Of a stretch of 64,000 nt of DNA, positions 8,289 through 18,763 are shown piece by piece. Below the pieces are notes generated by a model. It was not told the origin of the DNA and ran no database searches. It saw only the letters and a program-made list of their open reading frames with translations. Source of the stretch: a candidate division WS2 bacterium ADurb.Bin280 (GTDB lineage Bacteria > Patescibacteriota > UBA1384 > DTJR01); contig MWBO01000031.1 of assembly GCA_002071685.1 (NCBI GenBank), positions 702 through 64,701 on the forward strand. The letters run 5' to 3'. Within the stretch, counting starts at the first letter, position 1; each line of letters opens with the position of its first letter. The position numbers and the translations under genes are program-made.

Positions 8289-9824
8289 TCACCATTTAGT
8301 AATAACCCTACCGCTTGCATCACGATCTTCTTTTGAGTCGTCCTCCTTGGACTCAATTGGTTCTTCAGAATTAATCTGGGGTTCTGTCAAAATTGCATCG
8401 GCTACTCTTTGAGCATCGCTTATAAGCTCATTTTCATTTGCGGTTTCGCTCTCACTTACCTCCTCTACTTTTGCTTCAAGAACACTTTTTTCAAAAACAA
8501 CCTCCTTGACCTGCTCTTGTTCGGTTTTTTCCGGTTCTTCAGCTTGCTCAGCCCCTTTGGTGCCAGTTTCGACATCTTCCACCGTTGGAGACACCATCTC
8601 TTCAGATTTTTCTGCCACAGTATTTTCGTCAGATTTTACTTCTTTTGCGAGAGGTTCATTGCCTACTTTTTCGGCACCATTGCCTTTTTGCATTTTAGCG
8701 ATTTTTTCCAAAATTGTTTGCTGATTGTCTTTGAGGGTTCCGTTAACTCTAAAGGCAGCAGCCACTTCGTGCCCTCCACCACCGAACGATTCAGCAATTC
8801 TGGCAACATTTACACCCTTGGCTATCGATCTCAACGAACCGTGGACATAACCCTGTCTCTCACTCAAAAGAAGTGCGAAATCAACCTCGGTTGCAGATTT
8901 GAGTAGTTCATCTATGACGCCCGAAAGAGCGCTTTCGTCCGCGCCAGTTTTCTCCAAGTCTTCTCTTGAAACCGATGAATACAAAAATTTGTTCTCTTTG
9001 TCCTCGCTCACCTTGGTCAAGACAAGCCCCCAAAGTTTAAGGGTTTCCATCGACTTCGTTTTGTACAAATTCTTGACGATCTCTTGCTGTCTGGCGCCTG
9101 CGGCAACCAATTGAGCAGCGATAGTTAGAGATTTTGGAGTGGTATTAACATTTTGGAAACTTGATGTGTCATAAATCAGACCGGTCAGAAGGCAGGTGGC
9201 CACATCTGCATCTATAATCTGATTGTCCTTAGAGAGAGATTCAAAAAGCGAGACCAAAATTTCTGAAGTTGATGTAGCAACCAGCTCAACAAGATTTATT
9301 TTGCCGAATTTCTCGTTTGAAGGATGGTGGTCGATATTGATGAGCGGTATTTCATAAAAGATGTCTAGAGATGGAGCGATTTCTCCAAGTCTTTCGATAT
9401 TGGGGGTGTCAACGCTGATAATCAAATCATATTTGGGCTTCGCCTGCGGAAAACTGATATTTTCAGCAGAAAATCTTCCCTTACCTCTTGGAGTTATGAC
9501 AATGTTTACAAGTTTTTTCCCCGAATCTTCCTTTTTGTAGCCAATTTTTTCAATTTCGACACTGCTTGTGTCGACGGAGATTATAAAATCGTCGGAGACT
9601 TCAATTTTTCTGCCTATTTCGCTTATTCTAGGTAAAAAATTAAAAATTTTGTTGGGAGCATCGGACGTTACACAATCCGTCTTTTTGCCCATTTTTTCCA
9701 AAACTATTTTCAATGCCAAAAGAGATCCTAGAGCATCTCCATCCGGATTTTTGTGTCCAACAAGAAGAATGCTCTGGGCACCCTTGATTAATTCACTCGC
9801 TTGTTGTTTTACACTTGCTTCCAT
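8289..9824 (-). CDS. DHH/DHHA1 phosphoesterase (NrnA-like) with an acidic C-terminal tail of about 130 aa
   Basis: GHKNPDGDALGS, NIDHHPSN and GGGGHEVAAAF motifs. Confidence 0.8.
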   Translation of the reverse strand: MEASVKQQASELIKGAQSILLVGHKNPDGDALGSLLALKIVLEKMGKKTDCVTSDAPNKIFNFLPRISEIGRKIEVSDDFIISVDTSSVEIEKIGYKKEDSGKKLVNIVITPRGKGRFSAENISFPQAKPKYDLIISVDTPNIERLGEIAPSLDIFYEIPLINIDHHPSNEKFGKINLVELVATSTSEILVSLFESLSKDNQIIDADVATCLLTGLIYDTSSFQNVNTTPKSLTIAAQLVAAGARQQEIVKNLYKTKSMETLKLWGLVLTKVSEDKENKFLYSSVSREDLEKTGADESALSGVIDELLKSATEVDFALLLSERQGYVHGSLRSIAKGVNVARIAESFGGGGHEVAAAFRVNGTLKDNQQTILEKIAKMQKGNGAEKVGNEPLAKEVKSDENTVAEKSEEMVSPTVEDVETGTKGAEQAEEPEKTEQEQVKEVVFEKSVLEAKVEEVSESETANENELISDAQRVADAILTEPQINSEEPIESKEDDSKEDRDASGRVITKW

Positions 9825-9930
9825 TTCACCTCATTAAAATGATTAAGCTAATGTATCAAACAACCGTGCTTCTTGTCAACACTGCGATTTTATGATAAAA
9901 ACTATTTAGCAAAATAATTTTTTATATAAT

Positions 9931-10167
9931 ATGCCAATCAAGAAGTCAGCAATAAAGGCGGCCAAACAAGCACAAGCAAGAACGCTTAGAAATGTCGCAA
10001 AGAAAAGAACGCTCAAAAAAACCATAAAAGAAACCCTCAAGGCAGATCAATTACCGAAAGCACAAAGTGTTATCGATAAGATTGCTAAAACGGGTTATAT
10101 CCACAAAAACAAAGCATCTAGAATCAAATCGAGACTGGCTAAAAACGTTAAAACTCAAGGTAAATAA
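9931..10167 (+). CDS. rpsT: ribosomal protein S20
   Basis: MPIKKSAIKAAKQAQARTLRN N-terminus, with typical size and basic composition. Confidence 0.85.
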   Translation: MPIKKSAIKAAKQAQARTLRNVAKKRTLKKTIKETLKADQLPKAQSVIDKIAKTGYIHKNKASRIKSRLAKNVKTQGK

Positions 10168-10175
10168 ACTAGGCG

Positions 10176-10829
10176 ATGGAAAAAAATAAGGAGGGGCGCA
10201 ATCTTTATTTTGCGATTTATGCGGCAAATATTGCTTATGAGCTTGGTAAATGGGCTTTTGTCGTCATAATACTGGGCACTCTAATTCATTATTTTGTAGC
10301 AACAGTTTTTGTAATATCAGGTCCCTCAATGGAAAGCGAATTTCATAACGGGCAATTTGTTTTGGTTTCGAGAATCGGACTTTTTACTGAAAAATACAAG
10401 AGGGGCGACCCGATGGTTCTTCGCTTCCCGGGAGATCCGGAGAATAAAAAATATATCAAAAGACTGATCGGACTTCCCGGGGAAAATATCAAAATACAGG
10501 ACAATGAAGTTTTTATTAACGGCAAAAAACTCTACGAAACTTATGTCAAAGTCGTGGATCCGGAATTTCTACCCTACTATTATGAAAGCGAAGAGCTCGC
10601 AAAGGAAGCGCAACGACTCCACCAAATGGGACAAGCCATGACCAAGCCAGATCTAGAGGTCAAAATTCCCGAACAGTCATACTTTCTGATGGGAGACAAT
10701 CGAGAAAATTCAAACGATTCTCGGGTCTGGTATAGCGCTAAAAAATCGGACCTGATCGGTCCGGTGAGATTCATTCTCTGGCCCCTTAAAGACTGGGGAC
10801 CGGTAGTCAACCCCTATTACGGGGAGTGA
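10176..10829 (+). CDS. lepB: signal peptidase I
   Basis: N-terminal TM segment, plus SGPSMES, KRLIGLPGE and GDNRENSNDSR boxes. Confidence 0.9.
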   Translation: MEKNKEGRNLYFAIYAANIAYELGKWAFVVIILGTLIHYFVATVFVISGPSMESEFHNGQFVLVSRIGLFTEKYKRGDPMVLRFPGDPENKKYIKRLIGLPGENIKIQDNEVFINGKKLYETYVKVVDPEFLPYYYESEELAKEAQRLHQMGQAMTKPDLEVKIPEQSYFLMGDNRENSNDSRVWYSAKKSDLIGPVRFILWPLKDWGPVVNPYYGE

Positions 10830-10837
10830 AAAGATTT

Positions 10838-12217
10838 TTATTTTAGCTCTAACGATTTCTCAATATTTATCAATCTGTCTGGCACCTCTTCCTCAAAATT
10901 TGCCAAGTGCCAGATTTTCCCCTCATACTCCAATACAGCGTTTCCCATTGATTTTGCCGTTGAAGACAAGACAGCTTCCCTGTGACCATCTTTAGAGGAT
11001 AAATACAAACCTAAGACCTCAGACGGTGCGAAAATCCCTCTAGGAAAACCGTCTGTTCTAATTTCATTCATGGCGTTGATCGTCCCCCCGCCATCGATAT
11101 AATTGTGAAAATCTCTATCCATCCACGGATGCCCCTCTTTATTGCCGCCTTTATAAAAACCTTTTTCTCCCGCAACAATACCTTCATCAACCGCTATCAC
11201 CGTTTTAAGACGCTTGAGCGCAAAATCAGTCAGAACCTTGTTCTCGACAAGCTTTTTCAAACCGTGCCTCTCCCTCTCTTTATTTACTTCCTGAAGAAAA
11301 CTGCTTGCATAACTCGTATCATTTGAAGAAAAATTCATTTCTTCAAATTTTTTCGTGCCTGCCGGATTATTAACATTTGCAGACGACTCCCGGTCGTTTG
11401 AAACCGCTTCATCACTTATCGAAAGCTGATTTCTTGAATTCACCCTCCCCATTAGAATCGCTCCATCCTGACAAGGGCCAAGAGAAACGATCAAATCGTC
11501 GTTTGATTTTTTAAAATCAGCAATTTTTAGCTTTTCGCTCGGATACATAAATGTTTTCTTGGGCGAATAGTCGTTTGACTTTTCCCTACCATGAACACAG
11601 ACATCAAAATCGCCCTTTTTCTTTGCCATATTAATCGGCACATAAATAAAAATGGTTTGGCAAGACTTTCCTATCGCCTTTACTTTATTGCTAACCGACT
11701 CCTCTCCCCAAGAAGGAGAATAAAGTTGGACCAAAAGTTCGTCGTCAATTGGCACATCATTGAAGTAAAGTCCGGTTTTTAACTTAGTTTTTTCAATGCC
11801 TTCTCCGGTAGCCGTTTTGTAAGCGAGTGATAGTTTATCGATGTAAGAGGACGAAATTTTCTTGAGAGTTCCCCTCTTGGTAAAATAACCTCCGGACGAG
11901 ACGGCAACTTCAACTCTTTTTGCCAAATCATTGTCTGTCTCAATATCACTAACTAGAACAACTTGGCCGATTTTTTTTGTCTGACAGTCTCTAGATTCCG
12001 GAAAATCGCTAATCTCTTGAGCCGAAAAATCCTGCGAACTCAAATATCCATAGTCGTCACCCGCATCCGAGGAGACAGTATTTTTTAAAACGGTGTTTAA
12101 AAAAAATGCCAGAGCCAAAGCGAAAAGCGCAGAGCTGAAAATTCCTATAGCAAAGGTTCCTTTTAGAAAAAACTTGCTGTGAGCCGGTTTATTATTCACC
12201 AAAAATCTCCCTTTCAT
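10838..12217 (-). CDS. membrane-anchored protein with a C-terminal CAP/SCP (YkwD-like) domain
   Basis: N-terminal TM segment. The C-terminal region (NKERERHGLKKL ... SKDGHREAVLS ... GKIWHLANF) resembles the CAP superfamily pattern. Confidence 0.45.
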   Translation of the reverse strand: MKGRFLVNNKPAHSKFFLKGTFAIGIFSSALFALALAFFLNTVLKNTVSSDAGDDYGYLSSQDFSAQEISDFPESRDCQTKKIGQVVLVSDIETDNDLAKRVEVAVSSGGYFTKRGTLKKISSSYIDKLSLAYKTATGEGIEKTKLKTGLYFNDVPIDDELLVQLYSPSWGEESVSNKVKAIGKSCQTIFIYVPINMAKKKGDFDVCVHGREKSNDYSPKKTFMYPSEKLKIADFKKSNDDLIVSLGPCQDGAILMGRVNSRNQLSISDEAVSNDRESSANVNNPAGTKKFEEMNFSSNDTSYASSFLQEVNKERERHGLKKLVENKVLTDFALKRLKTVIAVDEGIVAGEKGFYKGGNKEGHPWMDRDFHNYIDGGGTINAMNEIRTDGFPRGIFAPSEVLGLYLSSKDGHREAVLSSTAKSMGNAVLEYEGKIWHLANFEEEVPDRLINIEKSLELK

Positions 12218-12428
12218 CTAGCGCAAGCGCTTCGTTTTCAAATTCTCCATTGTAAAGCTCTCTAAATTCATCGCTATTTGATGAATCGATTTTTTCAAGA
12301 TACTTCGTGGCCTGAGATTTCGTCGATCGCTCTTGACTACTTTGTTTTTCGCCAGGATACAAAAAGTAAAAAACTACAATCAAAGCGATCAAGCTCGTCG
12401 CGATCAAAAAGATAAATAGCTTCTTCAT
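12192..12428 (-). CDS. small single-pass membrane protein
   Basis: 78-aa ORF with an N-terminal hydrophobic helix. It overlaps the downstream gene start. No family recognised. Confidence 0.4.
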   Translation of the reverse strand: MKKLFIFLIATSLIALIVVFYFLYPGEKQSSQERSTKSQATKYLEKIDSSNSDEFRELYNGEFENEALALDEREIFGE

Positions 12429-12499
12429 CTCCTTAATTATAGAATAGTACTGAAAAAAATGGTATATTTAACTTACGATAAAACGGAAGCAGGAGGGGT

Positions 12500-15403
12500 T
12501 TGGTAAGAAAATATCGAAAGCTCGTTTTGTACTTTTTTTCGTTGGCCTTTCTAGTCAGCTTTTTATTCGTATTCAATAAGTACTACGCAAACGCCGATCC
12601 CATCAATCCGCAAGTCGGACAAGAAAACGTGAACGAGAGCGTCGATACGGGACGCTGGAAGGAAGACGCCGAAGTGACGGCGGTGGGAAAAGCGGCAGCT
12701 AGGGCGCGGGAAGTTCTAAACTGGGCCTTATCAATTGAAAACGCCGGTTTCACCAATCAAGAAGGTGGCTCCATTCTCAAGTCGTGGAATAAAATTCGTG
12801 ATTTACTGGGAGTTTTTTATCTAATAGTATTAATCGTTTTGGGCTTTGGCCTAATAGCCAGAGCCGCGTGGGCCGAAAGATCTAGAAGAGTTTTTGTCGC
12901 TCTGATAATTTCTTTTGTTGCCGCCTATTTCAGTTACGCCATTCTTTCAAGAGTGGTTCAATTTACCGACGAACAGATACAGCAGAGACTCTATACAATT
13001 CACAGATGGGGCGACACCGGAACTACAGAGGAAAAGCATCTTCGAGCACAAGATCTTTTGACAGTCAGCTTCAGTTATCAGGAGTTCAGAGGATTTAGAA
13101 AAGTTGGCTCATCTTACGGCGAGGCAATTGCCAATCACCTTCTGCTTGTCAAAGCCACAACACTAACGAATTACGTCATCGCCTTTATCATTTTGCTTCG
13201 AATTGTGATTCTCTGGGGCTTAGTTATTTTCTCGCCATTCGTCTTTCCTCTTTTTGTTTTTGATCTGACGAAAAATGTCGGTGTTGTTTGGGGAAGAGAA
13301 TTCTTCAGGTGGCTGATACTTGGACCACTTTTCGCTGTTTTCATTTCTCTTGTCCCCTATATATGGAACCAAACCACTGTTCCCGTGACCAACACCTATC
13401 AAAATCAGAAAGCCAAAAACAGCGGAATTCCCATAACAGTTGATAAAAACATCTTGTCTCCTTCGAGCTCTTCAGGAGACAAGACCTCTCAAAACGTCTA
13501 TGAAAGCGGGACAAACATAATTTTATCCCCTCCGGGAAATACTGGCGCGGAACTTCAAAAAGACGACGACATCTCAAGTGGTAATAATCTTTCGGAAACT
13601 GATACATACACAAGGTGGATAATCGCCCTCATGATGATTTGGGGTGCAATCGCCCTTCCCTTTATTCTCCTGAAAGTAGTTGTTAATTTTTCAATCGAAG
13701 CAGGACGGGGCATCACCAATATCGTCCTTGGAACTTCGGCTGGCCAATACATTTCTTCTGCGATACAAAAAAATAGTCCGGCAAGCGCCAATGGCGCCGA
13801 CAGAACATCCACCGGCCTGAGATTAGTTGGCGACAAAATAGATTCAAAAATTTCTCAAATCAGCTCCCAAGAGGCAAGCGCACGTCGCATTCAGAGGAAT
13901 ATCACTCAAAACAAAACAACTCCAAACTCTCTCCCCGAATCGCTTAATAATCTCGATTCATCTCAAAATTCGCCACAAGTTCTAGATATCACAAACAACG
14001 TCGCCACTTCCGATGTCAAGCCAATTGCCAAATTGGCACAAATAGAACAATCCCAGCAAAGTATGCTTTCGGGTAGTAGTTTGATTAATTCAATCTCCAA
14101 TCCGCAAAGCGCTTCAAACAACAATACTGTGCAAAATTTAGAAGCTCTCAAGCAAAACATCATCCAAAGTTCAAACAGTGGAGATAAACAGGCTCAGGGT
14201 CTTAAAAACGCCATTACAGGAAACATTTCATCTTATCTTAGTGGCGATGTAGCAAATGAAATATTGGAAAAAGATTATACGAAATTTGACCAAACGCTAC
14301 AAAAGGTCTTTTCACCTATAGAGCAAGAAGGTCAGGAACAGCTCAAGCAAATTTTTGGAATCCAAAACGCCAAAAACTTCCCTGAAATAATCGACGAACT
14401 TGCGAAGAAACAGGATCCGCGAGCACAAGGCGCGAAAAATATTTTAAGCGATATAGAACAAAGTGTAAAACTCCCACCACCACAGAAAAATGCCGCCTTG
14501 ATGGAAATTGGCAAGAACATGTCTGAAACAGAAAATATTACTGATCAAACCGTCAGAAATAATTATTCATCAATCAAATCAATCATTAATCAAATACCTC
14601 AAACAGCAAATATCGGCTTTGCTTCGCTACAAAAAGACGCTCAATCTTATTATGAAATTTCATCACGCGACATTGTCGATAACAAAATTAAGGGCGAATT
14701 AGCTGTCAATTTCACACAGTCTCTTGATAATTTGCTAGAAGGCCACAAGCAAACAGGGGGCGCTCCTTCACAAAATAGCCCGATCGCAACGATCGAAAAG
14801 GTTACAAGCAATATCAAAAATATTTCAACCAATGATGGGACACGGGGTGTGGACAATGTTCTAGCGGCAGCGAAAAGGATTGCAGATCCTCAGTCGGCAG
14901 AAAGCGAGCAAGAGAAACAAGAATACCAACAAACGAAAGAATTCATCAATGATCAGGCCGCAAACGGTAACAAACAGGCTTTGGCGATCGAGGAAGCGAT
15001 GAAAAACATTTCCAAAGAGCTGGAAATAGATGAAGCAAAAAATGTTAAAGTGACAGATATCGCCAGACTACGCGCCAGCGTTCGTGAAGATCAAGATTTT
15101 ATGAATACCAAGAAGCTCTGGTTACAAAACTACCTAAATTATCTAAACCCTTATACCAAGGATAAAGGCGACTCTCTGCTAAAAGAAATCAATCTACTTG
15201 GCCAGACGCTTAATGACATAATCTCGCCCGACAACGAAAAGAAAAAGGAAGCGCTCAAAAGAGTGCAGAAAATTATCCCATTTGCCCTGCTTGGCAATTA
15301 CAAAATCAGCGATATAGCAAAATATTTGCTTGCAAAATACGACGGAGCAAGTGAAGCTTTAAACAGCTTGCGCCAACATCAAGAAAAAAAGGAGGTTTCG
15401 TGA
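12500..15403 (+). CDS. polytopic membrane protein with a VirB6/TrbL-like segment and a long Q/N/S-rich C-terminal extension
   Basis: Multiple TM helices. The motif LRIVILWGLVIFSPFVFPLFVFDLTKNVGVVWGREFFRW is paralogous to motifs in the ORFs at 45044 and 49576. AGGAGG precedes a TTG start. Confidence 0.5.
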   Translation: MVRKYRKLVLYFFSLAFLVSFLFVFNKYYANADPINPQVGQENVNESVDTGRWKEDAEVTAVGKAAARAREVLNWALSIENAGFTNQEGGSILKSWNKIRDLLGVFYLIVLIVLGFGLIARAAWAERSRRVFVALIISFVAAYFSYAILSRVVQFTDEQIQQRLYTIHRWGDTGTTEEKHLRAQDLLTVSFSYQEFRGFRKVGSSYGEAIANHLLLVKATTLTNYVIAFIILLRIVILWGLVIFSPFVFPLFVFDLTKNVGVVWGREFFRWLILGPLFAVFISLVPYIWNQTTVPVTNTYQNQKAKNSGIPITVDKNILSPSSSSGDKTSQNVYESGTNIILSPPGNTGAELQKDDDISSGNNLSETDTYTRWIIALMMIWGAIALPFILLKVVVNFSIEAGRGITNIVLGTSAGQYISSAIQKNSPASANGADRTSTGLRLVGDKIDSKISQISSQEASARRIQRNITQNKTTPNSLPESLNNLDSSQNSPQVLDITNNVATSDVKPIAKLAQIEQSQQSMLSGSSLINSISNPQSASNNNTVQNLEALKQNIIQSSNSGDKQAQGLKNAITGNISSYLSGDVANEILEKDYTKFDQTLQKVFSPIEQEGQEQLKQIFGIQNAKNFPEIIDELAKKQDPRAQGAKNILSDIEQSVKLPPPQKNAALMEIGKNMSETENITDQTVRNNYSSIKSIINQIPQTANIGFASLQKDAQSYYEISSRDIVDNKIKGELAVNFTQSLDNLLEGHKQTGGAPSQNSPIATIEKVTSNIKNISTNDGTRGVDNVLAAAKRIADPQSAESEQEKQEYQQTKEFINDQAANGNKQALAIEEAMKNISKELEIDEAKNVKVTDIARLRASVREDQDFMNTKKLWLQNYLNYLNPYTKDKGDSLLKEINLLGQTLNDIISPDNEKKKEALKRVQKIIPFALLGNYKISDIAKYLLAKYDGASEALNSLRQHQEKKEVS

Positions 15404-17238
15404 AACTAAAAAGAACAATTGCTCTATTTACTTTACTTTCTACAATTACGCTGCTTACCGGATGCTCAACGGTGAACCGAGAAGAAAACAATGACACCGA
15501 CCTGTCTTCAATCAGCGACAGCCCCTACGGGGAGCAAGCCGGCTTCAATCCCGACAACCCCTATCCGGTGATCAAGACTATTAATAATTCTTTGATGATC
15601 GAGATTGATTATTATAAATACAACGGACAAATTGATCACACGACAAAATATTACGGGATCTCGAGGGGCTTCATCTCCGATTCAAAACTATCCGAAGGCA
15701 CCTTTGAATGCTTGCCCATAAGAATAAAAAAACTCTCACAGGACAATTGCACAGGAAAATACAATTACCGCAAACTAATGCTTTCATCAAAAAGCTCAGC
15801 CCTGGAAGACGAATTTGATAGTGAGGCGTACCTCTTGGAAAAAAATTTCCGGTTTGAAAACCTTGTCACAAATACAGATAATTACGACATGCTTTTTTTG
15901 CACAATTACACCCAGAGCGCCCTGCATGCTCAAGGGGGCAAGATCTTTGACATATTTTTAAGCGAAGAAGTATTAAGTGATCTCGATAAAGAAAATAAAA
16001 AGCGCGGAACAGTTACGGGCAAAAACAAAGATGGTGGCATTGCTACTGTCGGACGAACAATCCGTGAAATCCTTGAAGACTGTGGCCAGAGTGATTTATC
16101 GGGCGTAAATCCGGCGATGGTGGGAGTTGTCCAACAAGGTCCGGGAGTTGATGATGACGAGATTATCGCCTTGAACAAAAAATACAGTGAAACCGTCGAT
16201 GTTCCGACGAAAACTGCTATTGATTCGCTTTTGCAAAAAGCAAGTGCAATTAAAGATTTAAACAAAGGACGTAACAAAGATGGCGATATCGACAAAATGC
16301 TTGGCGATGACATTCTTCAAAGAGTGTGGTATTTAGCAGGGACCTCATCATTTAGCGCCCTTGCTAATCATCCTCCGGGGAGCGTTTTTGCCTCGGGAAA
16401 TGAAATACAACTTGGAGAATTAATCAGCGAATTAAGAGACAAAATCGACAAGGAAGCAAAAATAAACCTCACCATAAATTATAATGAAGGGTCGACTAGC
16501 TTTATAAATATGTCCGTCGAATATTTAGGTCACATCACTCATTATCTTTATCGGCCGGCCGCCTACGCTTCGGCAGAAATATCAGTTCCTCAAGCTACAG
16601 ACGCAAACGGCTTAGCGGTTGGCGCAGTCGAAATTGAACAGGAAGAAGCGGGTGAGATTTCAAGTGACCCGTGGTGTGGTTTCACACCTGAATGCAAGCC
16701 AGCCATTTATCTGTATCCCGAAAAAACGACTCTGCTAAACGTCAAAATCGGCCCCTCCGTTGGTCAACGCACCATCACCATTCCACCCTATGATGCAAGA
16801 ACCGGCTGGCAAGTGACAGCCACTAAGAGCGGGAAAATCTACTGGGGAGCGAATTCATACACCCACTTGTTTTACGAAGCGCTTACCCCTAATCCAAAAG
16901 TTCCTCAAACCGGCTGGATAATTGACGGAAATAATATTGAAAAATCTCTTTATGACATCGGCAGAAGATTGGGATTGAACGAAACAGAAAGCGAAGAACT
17001 TTCTGATTATTGGACGAAAAAGCTATCAGGTTCGCCCTATTATTTTGTCGGGTTGATAGACGAAGATGAAATTGAAAGACTCGAGCCATTGAAAATCGAG
17101 CCCCAACCAAAAACAACAATAAGAATTAGGTTTTACTTTAAATCTCTAAAAGAAATAATACCGGTTAAAAGTCCGGATATAAAAATCAAACAAAGAGTTG
17201 GCTTCACGGCTGTAGAATGGGGCGGATACGTTAAATAG
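15400..17238 (+). CDS. lipoprotein of unknown function
   Basis: Signal peptide with an LLTGCS lipobox. A GTGA start/stop overlap with the upstream gene and an AAGGAGG SD indicate coupling. Confidence 0.6.
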   Translation: MKLKRTIALFTLLSTITLLTGCSTVNREENNDTDLSSISDSPYGEQAGFNPDNPYPVIKTINNSLMIEIDYYKYNGQIDHTTKYYGISRGFISDSKLSEGTFECLPIRIKKLSQDNCTGKYNYRKLMLSSKSSALEDEFDSEAYLLEKNFRFENLVTNTDNYDMLFLHNYTQSALHAQGGKIFDIFLSEEVLSDLDKENKKRGTVTGKNKDGGIATVGRTIREILEDCGQSDLSGVNPAMVGVVQQGPGVDDDEIIALNKKYSETVDVPTKTAIDSLLQKASAIKDLNKGRNKDGDIDKMLGDDILQRVWYLAGTSSFSALANHPPGSVFASGNEIQLGELISELRDKIDKEAKINLTINYNEGSTSFINMSVEYLGHITHYLYRPAAYASAEISVPQATDANGLAVGAVEIEQEEAGEISSDPWCGFTPECKPAIYLYPEKTTLLNVKIGPSVGQRTITIPPYDARTGWQVTATKSGKIYWGANSYTHLFYEALTPNPKVPQTGWIIDGNNIEKSLYDIGRRLGLNETESEELSDYWTKKLSGSPYYFVGLIDEDEIERLEPLKIEPQPKTTIRIRFYFKSLKEIIPVKSPDIKIKQRVGFTAVEWGGYVK

Positions 17239-17242
17239 TTGA

Positions 17243-18763
17243 CTATCTTACGAGTGGCTCGCTAGAGACATCAAAAGTATCGGCAATGTAGTCAATTATT
17301 GGAATTAATGATTTGGCAAAACCCTCGACGGAATCTATTTTTACAATAGCATCATACCACTTTGGCAATATGAAGTTAGCTTGAATAAATCTAGCAGACC
17401 AAGACGATTCCACCCCCAATGCGACTGCATAGGGTAAGTACTCGGAAAACTTATCTTCACTACCACGAAACGGTTCATTTTGCGAAAGGAAATTTCGAAA
17501 GCGCACCCAATTAACTATAGATTGTCTCCCCATCGGTGTGTAATTGGTAATCAGCGGAGCTGTTTTTATAATCATCATTCCTTCGGCGATCAGCACCAGC
17601 CAGAGTAAAAGCAAAAATTTGGGCTCATCGCCAAAAAGTGCATAGAGAATATAACCCGCCAGACCGACAAAGAATACCAGAATGCCAAATACCCTGTATT
17701 TAAGATGGAGCCGAGCTGGTGGTTGAGCAAAAAAACCAAGATCGCTGGCATATTTATAGATGTCGAGATAAGTCAAGGCTATTTTTCTGGAAAAAAGATG
17801 CCTCGAGGCCCTTTCTTCTACGTCTTGGGAATCGGCAATTTTTTGACTCGGAAGAAAAATTTTATCAAGCAAAATCTCTTCAAATTCAAGCAAAGTCGCC
17901 CTCTGCTGAGCGCTAGTTTCTTTTTTGTATATTACAAAATCACTACCGCGATTATAAATATCAATAAAACCACGCCTCGCCAGATCAATCAGTGTGGCCA
18001 TTATGGCTCTGGAACCAACTCTCCCCTCAATCAAGACACTGACAACAGCAGGAGGGATTGTAGCCGGCAATACGTCTGTCGCCTCTTTCAAGTCAAGTGG
18101 AATCCCCTTTTTTCTTTTTGACGACATGAAGGCCAAAATAATAGCAGAGACAACAACAAGGATAGTAATTATTGATAGCCAAGCAATAGGCGAGACAGAC
18201 TCTATTCCCCCGCTAACTACTTTTGTGACCGGAAGTTTAAAATAACCCTTTGGAAAATATCCGACGATAGTCACGGTTGAATTAGGGTTGACGTCCTTGG
18301 CATAATATTCTATCGCCATGCCGTCTTCAGTTATTTTAGCGCCCGAAGCAGTTGCTCCATGGACGGCAATAATTTGTGGATCCTCTTGCAGTCTTATTAT
18401 TGGCTTAGGTAAATTAACTACAATCTTTGCCTTGGAATAGTATTCGAACTTTTTATCAAGAACGATGTATCGGAGTTCATCATAATCTTTTCGCGGTTTT
18501 ATGCCTTCTTTGATCTCTCTGTTTAGAATTTTGATGGATCCGTTTTCAAGCAAGTCGATCGATAAAAGATACTCTCCGCTAATGGCGGAGATGTTGTAGT
18601 TATCTTGGGGCGAAGCAAAAATCGTGTCTGCCTGCACGCTGTCAACATCCGCCTCGATGGTTTGCCGTGCAAGCAAGTTATCGCGGTAATTAAAAGCAAA
18701 AAAAGACAGCGTTGCAAGCAACGAAAAAAATATAAGTTTCCTGTGGTATATTCCAACTATCAT
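17243..18763 (-). CDS. membrane protein, DUF2207-like architecture
   Basis: N-terminal TM segment, extracytoplasmic domain, then several TM helices. The assignment rests on architecture only. Confidence 0.3.
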   Translation of the reverse strand: MIVGIYHRKLIFFSLLATLSFFAFNYRDNLLARQTIEADVDSVQADTIFASPQDNYNISAISGEYLLSIDLLENGSIKILNREIKEGIKPRKDYDELRYIVLDKKFEYYSKAKIVVNLPKPIIRLQEDPQIIAVHGATASGAKITEDGMAIEYYAKDVNPNSTVTIVGYFPKGYFKLPVTKVVSGGIESVSPIAWLSIITILVVVSAIILAFMSSKRKKGIPLDLKEATDVLPATIPPAVVSVLIEGRVGSRAIMATLIDLARRGFIDIYNRGSDFVIYKKETSAQQRATLLEFEEILLDKIFLPSQKIADSQDVEERASRHLFSRKIALTYLDIYKYASDLGFFAQPPARLHLKYRVFGILVFFVGLAGYILYALFGDEPKFLLLLWLVLIAEGMMIIKTAPLITNYTPMGRQSIVNWVRFRNFLSQNEPFRGSEDKFSEYLPYAVALGVESSWSARFIQANFILPKWYDAIVKIDSVEGFAKSLIPIIDYIADTFDVSSEPLVR

